The notes below the pieces were generated by a model, which did no database searches, was not told the origin of the DNA, and was given only the letters and a program-made list of their open reading frames with translations. A stretch of 62,966 bases of DNA, the filler included, from Octopus bimaculoides (Eukaryota), in NCBI RefSeq assembly GCF_001194135.2. It is 7 parts of 5 records of this genome, joined end to end, with 100 filler letters (N's around TTAATTAATTAA, not from the genome) between each part and the next. Parts side by side here need not be neighbours in the genome. Positions count along the whole stretch, not along the records: positions 52,361 to 56,084 come from NC_068984.1; positions 56,185 to 59,502 come from NC_068983.1; positions 59,603 to 62,966 come from NC_068985.1; 4 more parts are not named here. One strand, 5' to 3'. Shown here piece after piece: positions 53,293 through 62,966 of this stretch. The translations under genes were made by a program, and so were the position numbers. The number at the start of each line of letters is the position of its first letter. Position 1 is the first letter of the stretch.

Positions 53293-53620
53293 TATATNNN
53301 NNNNNNNNNNNNNNNNNNNNNNNNNNNNNNNNNNNNNNNNNNNNNNNNNNNNNNNNNNNNNNNNNNNNNNNNNNNNNNNNNNNNNNNNNNNNNNNNNNNN
53401 NNNNNNNNNNNNNNNNNNNNNNNNNNNNNNNNNNNNNNNNNNNNNNNNNNNNNNNNNNNNNNNNNNNNNNNNNNNNNNNNNNNNNNNNNNNNNNNNNNNN
53501 NNNNNNNNNNNNNNNNNNNNNNNNNNNNNNNNNNNNNNNNNNNNNNNNNNNNNNNNNNNNNNNNNNNNNNNNNNNNNNNNNNNNNNNNNNNNNNNNNNNN
53601 NNNNNNNNNNNNNNNNNNNN

Positions 53621-53921
53621 CGTGCAAGTGGCTGAGCACTCCACAGACACGTGTACCCTTAACGTAGTTCTCGGGGATATTCAGCGTGACACAGTGTGAC
53701 AAGGCTGACCCTTTGAATTACAGGCACAGAAACAGGAAGAAAGAGTGAGAGAAAGTTGTGGTAGAAGAGTACAGCAGGGTTCGCCACCATCCCCTGCCGG
53801 AGCCTCATGGAGCTTTAGGTGTTTTCGCTCAATAAACACTCACAACGCCTGGTCTGGGAATTGAAACCACGATCCTATGACCATGAGTTCGCTGCCCTAA
53901 CCACTGGGCCATTGCGCCTCC
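53621..53921 (-). mobile_element. tRNA-derived SINE (3' end in N gap)
   Basis: Minus strand GGAGGCGCAATGGCCCAGTGGTTAGG (A box)...GGTTTCAATTCCC (B box). Confidence 0.8.
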
Positions 53922-53989
53922 ACATATATATATATATATATATATATGTGTATACATATATACACCTGCATAAAGAAGTACCAATCTCT

Positions 53990-54420
53990 AACTGTGAAGA
54001 GAACCTGTGAAGAGGTAAACATAGGAAAGTGTAAGATGAAATAGTGAAATGTGATCTTCAGATATTGAGTCTCACAGAGATGACAAGAGACTGGGGCTTT
54101 TGGTGATTTGCTGTGCTTCAGAAGACGTGTCAAACGAAGTGAAATCACAGTTGTGGCCAGTGCCAGTGGCACGTAAAAACCACCCATGCCAGTGACATGT
54201 AAAAGGCCCCCATGCTGGTGGCACATTAAAAACATCCAGGGCATTCTATGGAGTGGTTGACATTAGGAAGGGCATCCAGTCACAGAAACCAGGCGAAAAC
54301 AGACAGGAACTTGGTGCAGCTTACTAGTCCCATTCAATCAGTCTAACCCATGTCACCATGGCAAATGGAGGCTAAATGATGATGATGATGATCGTGATGA
54401 TGATGATCATGATGATGATG
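53990..54420 (+). mobile_element. RTE-clade LINE 3' end with (GAT)n tail
   Basis: ORF end VKCDLQILSLTEMT; UTR CATTAGGAAGGGCATCCAG; short internal GGCACGTAAAA subrepeats. Confidence 0.7.
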
Positions 54421-54823
54421 ATACACATTTACAGGCAAAGTGTGAAAGCTAGAGACGCTTTGGATAGAAAACACATAATAGTACTTAAATAATTTGAATT
54501 GAAACTTCGAAACTTTTGTCGAGGACTAGGTCCACAAGGTAAAGAGAGGCTGCAAGAGAAATACAGGTGAGCTGATATAGAGATAGTGATGCAGATATAC
54601 CCAGATAGGTAGATTTTGAAATAGAAAGTAGGGATGGATGAAATGCCACTAACAATGTTGGCCTGAAACTCTAATGACTCTGCCTGTTCACCACCTTTAA
54701 TACTAATGATGATGATGATGATGATGATGAGGTGCTTGAAAAATAAGAGGTGTTATCTTAGTTCACTGGTAGTAAATAGCTGACACTTTAGTACATCTCC
54801 AGCATTAGAAACTGTACATAGGC

Positions 54824-54882
<59 letters not shown>

Positions 54883-54883
<1 letters not shown>

Positions 54884-55480
54884 CATCGTTTAACGTCTGC
54901 TTTCCATGCTGGCATAGGTTGGATGGTTTGACTGAGGACTGGTGAGTCAGAGGCTGCACTAGGCTCCAATCTGATCTGGCAAAGTTTCTACAGATGGATG
55001 CCCTTCCTAATGCCAACCACTCCGAGAGTATAGTGGGTGCATTTTACGTGATACCGGCATGAGAGCCAGTCAGGTGGTTCTGGTAACAACCACACTCAAA
55101 AGGTGTTTTTACATGCTACCTGCACGGGAGCCAGTCCGGCGGCACTAGCAACGATCATGCTCGAATGTTGTTTTTCACGTGCCACCGGCACATGTGCTGG
55201 TAAGGCAATGCTAGCAATGATCATGCTCGAATGGTGCTTTTCACATGTCACCGGCAAGGGAGCCAACCCGTGGCCCTGGCAACGATCACACTCTGATGTG
55301 CTTTTAACATTCCACTGGCACAAGCCCCAATCAGGCAGTACTGTCATCAGCCACGTCAGCGATTTTGATTGGTTTACACTTGCCTCAATAGGTCTTCGCA
55401 AGCAAAGTTCATTGTCCAATGAGGAGTACTCATAAGTGGGCCAGTTACACCCCACTTTCGGATGTGCTTTCAATATTCCA
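54883..55480 (-). mobile_element. RTE-type 3'UTR fragment with ~60-bp tandem subrepeats
   Basis: GGATGCCCTTCCTAATGCCAACCAC is the reverse complement of the UTR motif at ~54250; repeated GCAACGATCATGCTCGAATG units. Confidence 0.65.
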
Positions 55481-55504
55481 CTGGCATGAGTGCTAAAAAC
55501 AATA

Positions 55505-55850
55505 ATAATAATAATGTTTCAAATTTTGGCACAAGGCCAGCAATTTCGTGGGTGGGGAAAAGTCGATTATATCGACACCAGTACTCAACTGGTACTTATT
55601 TTATCAACCCTGATAGGATGAAAGGCAAAGTTGACCTCAGCAGAATTTGAACTCTGAACGTGAAAGCAGACAAATTTTGGCACAAGCCAATAATTTTGGG
55701 AGAAGAGATAAGTCAATTACATCAGCCTCAGTGTTCGACTACTCCTTATTTCAGCAATGCTGAAAGGTCATAAGGCAAAGTTTACCTCAGCAGAATTTGA
55801 ACTCAGAATGTAAAGACAGACAAAATGCCGCTAAGCTTGGTGTGTGGCAA
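55505..55850 (-). mobile_element. Two adjacent dominant-family SINEs
   Basis: CAGTACTCAACTGGTACTTATTTTATC; GGCAAAG.TGACCTCAGCAGAATTTGAACTC occurs twice. Confidence 0.7.
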
Positions 55851-56035
55851 AATGCTGCTTTGCCTGATGTGCAAAGGCAACTTCGGCAGTATTTGAACAT
55901 AGAACATGGAGACAGACGAAATGCAGCTAAACATTATGCTTGGTGTAATAACAATTCTGCTACACCACCACTCACACACACATGTGTATGTGTGTGTGGG
56001 AACGTGTGTATGTATATGTATGTACGTATGCATAT

Positions 56036-56084
<49 letters not shown>

Positions 56085-56184
56085 NNNNNNNNNNNNNNNN
56101 NNNNNNNNNNNNNNNNNNNNNNNNNNNNTTAATTAATTAANNNNNNNNNNNNNNNNNNNNNNNNNNNNNNNNNNNNNNNNNNNN

Positions 56185-56620
56185 AATTATAACAACAATG
56201 TAAACGTTAAACCTAACCACCCGGGTACTAACATAGATAATAATACTACAAACGGTTACCCCATAAATGTAGACATAAGACGACCTTACAAGTGTAAAAT
56301 CGGGTGCAATTGTGTAACACCTACAACATGCCCGTTACGCGGAAACTGCTTAGCTAAAAACATAATATACTCTTGCGAAATTATCACAGAAATTAACACC
56401 CTCACATACCTGGGATGCTCTTCATCCTGGAAATCTAGGTTTTATAACCACGGATCTTCGTTTAGACTCAGACATAAGGCTAACAACACCTCATTATCTC
56501 GCAGAATTTGGGAGCTTAAGGACGACAAGATTAATTTTAACCTTAGATGGTCTATTGTTTGATCGGCCCCTACGTATAAAGATGATAGAACTGGTTGCCA
56601 GTTATGCTCCTTTGAACTTC
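56185..56620 (+). mobile_element. Penelope-like element GIY-YIG endonuclease fragment (missed by ORF track)
   Basis: Frame +1: CNCVTPTTCPLRGNCLAKNIIYSCE...TYLGCSSSWKSRFYNHGSSF...SLSRRIWELKD...W; one stop at 56560; then CQLC. Confidence 0.8.
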
Positions 56621-56760
56621 TGAATATCCCCGAGAACTACGTTAAGGGTACACGTGTCTGTGGAGTGCTCAGCCACTTGCACGTTAATTTCACGAGCAGG
56701 CTGTTCCGTTGATCGGATCATCTGGAACCCTCGACGTCGTAAGCGACGGAGTGCCAACAA
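56620..56760 (+). mobile_element. 5'-truncated SINE (3' half of the 53621-53921 family)
   Basis: CTGAATATCCCCGAGAACTACGTTAAGGGTACACGTGTCTGTGGAGTGCTCAGCCACTTGCACG identical to the reverse complement of 53621-53684. Confidence 0.8.
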
Positions 56761-56761
56761 T

Positions 56762-57048
56762 TTATTCTATCGGTCGGTTTTGCCGAACCGCTTAGTTACG
56801 GGGACGTAAACACACCAGCATCGGTTGTCAAGCGATGTTGTGAGACAAACACAGACACACAAACATATACACACACTTACATATATAAATACACATATAC
56901 GACGAGCTTCTTTCAGTTTCCGTCTACCAAATCCACTCACAAGGCTTTGGTCGGCCCAAGGTCGGCAGACACTTGCCCAAGGTGTCACGCAGTGGGATTG
57001 AACCCGGAACCATATGAATGGTAAGCAAGCTACTTACCATACAGCTAC
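56762..57048 (-). mobile_element. tRNA-derived SINE
   Basis: Minus strand GTAGCTGTATGGTAAG...GGTTCAATCCCACTGCG...GGATTTGGTAGACGGAAACTGAAAGAAG. Confidence 0.8.
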
Positions 57049-57582
57049 ATATATTTATGCAAATATATATATATACATATTATATGTATGTGTGTATGTG
57101 TGTGTGTGTGTGTGTGTAGTAGTAGTAGTGTAAGCGGCCGAAACCGTAAGGATAATCTGGAAACTTGACTGAGGAGAGAAGGCCACGAATGGCCCACCCT
57201 TGTTTTGTCCTGTCCGTCTTTTTGTTGTTTTTATTGTCCGTCTTCGTATCGTCTATCTGTCCAGACGTGTTATTGTCGTCTGCTGCGTTCTTGTTCCATT
57301 TTTGGGATTTATATATCCATATAGCGGCGTACGTACCATTTTGCTCACCTTCTAAGTACGTAACTAAATTCTTTTTTTGCTTATTCTTTTAGCAATTCCC
57401 TTATAATTTCTTCTTTCTTCAAGTTTCTTCTTTCGTTTTCTCGCTTCCCCTCTCACATTTTTGGGCTTTCACTTACTTTAATCTACCTATTTTTCCTCGT
57501 TTATCGCCCTTTTCCTCCTTTTTGTCCCATGCGCGCGCGAGTGTGTGTGTGTGTGTGTGTGTTTGTGTGCGCGTGTGTGTGT

Positions 57583-57664
<82 letters not shown>

Positions 57665-57984
57665 GTGTAGTCATTAAGGCGTTGGACAGAATTTCTCTAC
57701 ACTGAATTTCAACTCCGTCGAACTGAAATTTCCCTTTCCTCTATTTAGGTTCACGAAACTCTGTACAAGCTCAGACTGTTGTATACTTGGAATTCTAAGA
57801 GTGCCACACGGGACACTATGCAGTGTCTTGAGTTCAAATTCCCTCCCGTCACGGAAAAATGGTGACAATTTTGTCAGAAGTCACTATCGATAGGTTGTAT
57901 CAGCAATTTGAAAAAAAAAAACAGTCGGAACATGGTTTCTTTGCCTTGAGGGAAAAATCAACTGGCACCAACATAAGTGTATAT

Positions 57985-58320
57985 GCTAAGTCGGCGAACC
58001 GGCAGAATCGATAGCACACGGGGGGAAAATGCTTAGTGGTATTTAGTCTGTTTTTACGATCTGAGTTCAAATGCCACCGAGATCTACTTTGTCTTTCGAT
58101 GTCGATAAAATAACTACCAGTTGAGCACTGGCGTGGATGTAATTCATTATCCTTTCACCACACATTGGTGGCCTTGTACCAAAATTTTAAACCTATATTT
58201 CGTACGTCTTTGCGTTCTAAGTTCAAATTCTTCCGAGAGCGACTTTGCCTTTCATTCTCTCGGGGTTAATAAAATATGTACCAGTTGAGTTCTGGTACTT
58301 AAGTGTCGAAATTTGAAATC
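57985..58320 (+). mobile_element. Two adjacent dominant-family SINEs
   Basis: GGCAGAATCGATAGCAC...CTGAGTTCAAAT...GTCGATAAAATAACTACCAGTTGAGCAC. Confidence 0.7.
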
Positions 58321-58471
58321 AATATATATGTATACGTATTTACCTTATTAACAGCGAATCGGAAAATTCGGAATAGGTACGGAATTATCTCAGAAGCGCA
58401 ATAAATATTTTTATCAGCGATCTTTAACAATGTATAGCTACGGTATATGCGCGAGCACGTGTATTGATATG

Positions 58472-58515
<44 letters not shown>

Positions 58516-58849
58516 CATCATTACCAAGAACAGTAGTAGTAGTGTTATTGTCAGTATCTTTATCATAACCCATAATAATATGTTCTGACCAACCCTAATT
58601 TCAACGCTAGTTTCACTTATGTTAACTTGTAAAAATAATCGTTTTATATATAATAATTTATCATAAATTAATACGTTCTTATTTACAGACGACGAATATG
58701 AACTGGTACCCGCGTCAATTCAGTGTCTGCCTGACATTACTGATATTTGTTGCTTTGACAGCTGGATATGACTATCGTAAGTAGACATAGCTCATTGTTT
58801 TTCCCTTAAAGAAAAAAAGGCGTAAATATGTTTATCGTTATAAGAATAA

Positions 58850-59065
58850 AGTAAGGTATTCTGGCAGAATCGTTAGCACGCCGGGCAAAGTGCTTAGCGG
58901 CATTTCGTACGTCTTCATGTTCTCATTACAAATTCCGCCGAGGTCGACTTTGCTATTCATCCTGTCGGGTTCGATAAAATAAGTATCACTAATGCACTGG
59001 GGTCAATGTAACCGCTTACACTCTATCTCAAAATTTCTGGCCTTGTGACAAACTTTTAAACCATT
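58850..59065 (+). mobile_element. Dominant-family SINE
   Basis: CTGGCAGAATCGTTAGCACGCCGGGC...GAGGTCGACTTTGC. Confidence 0.8.
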
Positions 59066-59427
59066 ATAATAACGCAGTAGGAGAAAGATTTCCTTGGGCT
59101 ATACGATAGATATAGCAGCAAAGGGACGCTGTTGAACGAATAATAGATAATATATCTAAACGCTGTCAAACGAATAATAGATAATATATACAAACCGAGC
59201 TAATCGGTTCACTATGTTTAGTAAGTACATCTAGCTATTAGTTATATTTCTCTTTCAAATAGATCTTATCCCGTATGAAAATTCAGTGGCATGTGAAACC
59301 GGCCACGGTGATCCACGATTTTCTGTCTCTGGAGAGGAAGACAGAGATGGGTTGACCCGCTACTGTGTTGCAACGAAAAGGTTACCTTCAGTTAGATCAC
59401 AAGAGTAGATACACACATACACACGCG

Positions 59428-59502
<75 letters not shown>

Positions 59503-60088
59503 NNNNNNNNNNNNNNNNNNNNNNNNNNNNNNNNNNNNNNNNNNNNTTAATTAATTAANNNNNNNNNNNNNNNNNNNNNNNNNNNNNNNNNNNNNNNNNN
59601 NNTTTTTTTTATTGATTTACTTTTTTGTTATTGTAATATTGTATCTCTGACCAATTATGAACAAGTTGATCCCAAAATATTTGTGGTCATTTCTGTAATT
59701 TTCTTAAATCTACTAAAGCATCTACTTCATTGAGTTCTGATTTCTAGAGTAAGATGTATAATGTTGTGGAAGGATTCTGACCACTTCCTAATGATTAAAC
59801 ATGGACTGACACTTTTCTATAAAATAAAGAACTGTCGAGTTGATTCGAGCATTTGACAGAGAGTGTTTAACCTCATGTAGCAGCAGTAGTACTACATCNN
59901 NNNNNNNNCATTTGACAGAGAGTGTTTAACCTCATGTAGCAGCAGTAGTACTACATCATGTGAAGACCTTACTTTACCCCCAAATCAGAAAATACATCCA
60001 ACGCAGTAGGATATAAAAATGGCAATGTGATATTCGAAGCTTGCGTTGAACATTGAAACTTTTTGGCACAAACAAAAAATTGTTTAAC

Positions 60089-61135
60089 ATGGAGGACTTA
60101 TTGGCCCCCATGCAACAGCATCAACAACAACAACAACAGTAGCTACAACAGCAACTGCAACAGCAACTGCAACAGCAAAGCCAACATTTGCTTGGATTAA
60201 AATTAAAGAAGTTTAAAAATACTTAAGGTTCATACTCGCCAGAGAGCATAGCAAACTCAAGTGAAGAATTCAGCTATAATCCAGAAAAATGGATCACCTT
60301 CTCTGTATATTTTCAAAGATATGAAGAAATGTTCAAAGAAGAATGTAAAAATTGGATGGACGAGAAAAAAGTACTACTACTGTTAAGAAAGTTATTTCCT
60401 GCTGAACACGAAAAATATAGTAACTATATTCTGCTGAAGAAACTAGGTGAGATTTGTTGTGATGAAATAATGTTTGATTGAAAATTTTCAGCAAAAGATG
60501 TTCCCTGTTCAGTACTCACTGGCAGTGTTTAAATTTGGTTAAAAAAGATGATGAAGATTTTGTCACCTANNNNNNNNNNNNNNNNNNNNNNNNNNNNNNN
60601 ATTAAATTAAGTAACCCTTGACATGTTCAAATGTTTAATTTTTGATCAAGCAAAGATGCAGATATACATTTCTGAATATTAACAAAATTAGAACAAGACC
60701 AAAAATTAACTCTATAGACTGTAGCAGAAGAATGTCAGAGGATTATGAATTTAAGAGATGACGCAGATAAAATTGAAGAAAGCGATTGCTCTCATATTCA
60801 TTCATGTTGACCTGAAACAGATAAAAAAAAGAAAGAAATGTCNNNNNNNNNNACCAAATCCATGCTATGGGAGCAGAGGTTTACATTTCAATGTAACTGC
60901 CCATTTAAAAATCTAAAATGCTTTGAGTGTGGAAAAATAGGTCACAAAAGCTCACATTGTAGAATGAAACGAAAAAAAATAAAGGTTGAATGAAAGAAAT
61001 TCTGGCAAGAAGGTATTGTCATCAGAAATCCTAAGCAAGGCTCAGAAAAGAAACTTTGTGTTCATAAAAATGAATAAAGTGAATATCAAGTTACAATTGG
61101 ATACAGGCNNNNNNNNNNGATATCACAATAATTAA
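60089..61135 (+). mobile_element. Gypsy gag-protease remnant
   Basis: FSYNPEKWITFSVYFQRYEEMF...LLLRKL...YSNYIL (gag); CFECGKIGHKSSHC knuckle; KLQLDTG..DITII aspartic protease; truncated at the piggyBac TTAA. Confidence 0.8.
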
Positions 61136-62300
61136 GCCTTTAGTGTTTAAACTGGCGATAACTGGCTGAAAATTATTCCTCTTTATTTGTTTGAACCAAT
61201 CGAATCTGGCCGTATCTGATTTCTCNNNNNNNNNNNNNNNNNNNNNNNNNNNNNNNNNNNNNNNNNNNNNNNNNNNNNNNNNNNNNNNNNNNNNNNNNNT
61301 GAGATAATGCGAGATAAAGCCTTTCCCACCTTTATTCAAGTAAAAATACGGTGAAATTTTTGAGACTTCTTGGTTTTTAATGATATGGCATCAGCAAGTA
61401 GCGATTCCAACTTCAAAGATTTTACTCTTGATGATGTACAAAATATAAATGAAAACAGCAATGATTTGTCTTCAGACAAATCATATTCACATTTATGAAT
61501 CTTTGTCAGACGAGGAAAATTTTGATAATGAAAGTGATAAAANNNNNNNNNNATATTGTAAACATTATGGCAACATGGTTGAAGATTACTACATCAACTA
61601 CAGTTCCTGATTTCACAGAAAAGACTAATCCATAATACAGTCTACCTCCCAATGCTCAATGATTGGACTATTCTTTTTTTATTTTTACTGAAAAATGTTT
61701 TTGAAACTGTCACGGAGGAAACAAGTGTTCAACGCATAATTTATTTTCGTGGGAGACCCGATCCATTATGACAGCCAATTGATACTGTGGAAATGCGAGC
61801 TTTTTTTTACTATAAACATTATGTTTGGTATCAAGCNNNNNNNNNNNNNNNNNNNNNNNNNNNNNNNNNNNNNNNNNNNNNNNGATCCATATATCTCCAG
61901 CATTATGTCTAACTATAGTTAATTCATATATTATGTAGAAAGCCACAAGGTACCTTCACCACCAAAGGACTACAACCATTTGAAATTTCGGGTTGACATC
62001 ACATCTCAGTTACGTGAGGGCTTTTCTTNNNNNNNNNNNNNNNNNNNNNNNNNNNNNNNNNNNNNNNNNNNNNNNNNNNNNNNNNNNNNNNNNNNNGGAA
62101 AAATGAATGGTAGGAAAACAGTTTGCAGACTGTGTTCACTGCAAAACAGAAAAACTCAGAAAGAATATCAGTTTGAGACCTCATATATGTGTTCTTTTTG
62201 CAAAGTGTTCTTGTGTAAAGGGTGGTATGAACAGTTTCACGATAGAAACATGACATTACTATATTTTGTTGTTTGATAGTAATACTATCATGGATTTTTT
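61136..62300 (+). mobile_element. piggyBac-like transposon, internally deleted; right end not located
   Basis: TTAA|GCCTTTAG left end; acidic N-terminus; VEMRAFF, DPYISSIMS; jumps to IVNSYI..FRVD..QL and Cys-rich CRLC...CSFCKVFLC...FH. Confidence 0.72.
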
Positions 62301-62966
62301 TCATTTATTAGAAATAATATGTGAAAGTGCAAAATACATATTTATTTTCAGTATGTTACACACCTGTATTCACCTTTGCCTCACTTGTTAATGAGTTTTT
62401 TGTATTAGATGCATTCTGTTATGTAAATGTTTTCATTAAATTGTATAAGAGTACATAGCCAATGGTATATTGACTAGTAAANNNNNNNNNNTTGTATAAG
62501 AGTACATAGCCAATGGTATATTGACTAGTAAAAGAGTTTTGCACCTTATTTTCAATAAGAATGTTTGATTGAAATACAGGGAAGGAATAAAATCTTGTAC
62601 TGATTATAATTGTAATTCAAATTAATGTGCTTCATCTTGAAAAACAGCAAAATTTTTAATGGTTGAGATCTGGGATAATTTTAGCAACAAATCAAACAGG
62701 TAAGATGCATTAAGAATTTCAATTTTAGTGCTTATCCATAATGTATTTGAATTTACACCTGTTAATTAAATTTACTTGCCCATAAAAGTAAAATTTAATC
62801 AACAAGATCAGCTAAAATTGCATAACTATAATCCACTGGTATTTAAGCACCCACTGACAAAATTTCAAATCTGTATATAAAAAATAACAGGGTTACAAGC
62901 AATTATTGTGGACACTCCTCTTGAACCTGAATAATTCAAAATAACGTGAACAAATAAGCATTACAT

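Noticed and set aside
55090-55330. Regularly spaced ~20-bp repeats resembling a CRISPR array
   Set aside because: Intervening sequences are themselves homologous, the context is a eukaryotic LINE 3'UTR and there are no cas genes
59850-59957. Exact ~49-bp direct repeat
   Set aside because: Copies flank a 10-N gap; typical unmerged contig overlap
62443-62531. Exact ~40-bp direct repeat
   Set aside because: Copies flank a 10-N gap; assembly overlap artefact

Overview
Repeat-dense, gap-rich eukaryotic scaffold segment. The SINE/LINE families and microsatellite load look like an octopus (coleoid cephalopod) genome; this is an inference, not a database result. Most ORFs in the supplied track are translations of microsatellites or N gaps. 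One probable host-gene piece was found: a minus-strand first coding exon (25015->24782) with an ATF3-like N-terminal motif, a perfect splice donor and a TATA/Inr/GC-box promoter. The rest is decayed mobile DNA: R4/Dong-type RLE LINEs, Tx1/L1-type LINEs, RTE LINEs, two Gypsy remnants, two mariners, a Tigger, a piggyBac, a Ginger-like integrase element with an OTU protease domain, a Penelope GIY-YIG fragment, many tRNA-SINEs and a MITE. The most notable observations are (i) an almost intact type I hammerhead ribozyme in a ~510-bp retrozyme/Penelope-like repeat, (ii) the Ginger-OTU element, (iii) a three-level Tx1>Gypsy>RTE nest with both target-site duplications recoverable, and (iv) a trinucleotide microsatellite array at 42.5-46 kb that has collected at least six insertions from three families. 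Boundaries without TIR/TSD evidence are approximate. Six 100-bp N/TTAATTAATTAA spacers are scaffolding placeholders, so adjacency across them is uncertain.
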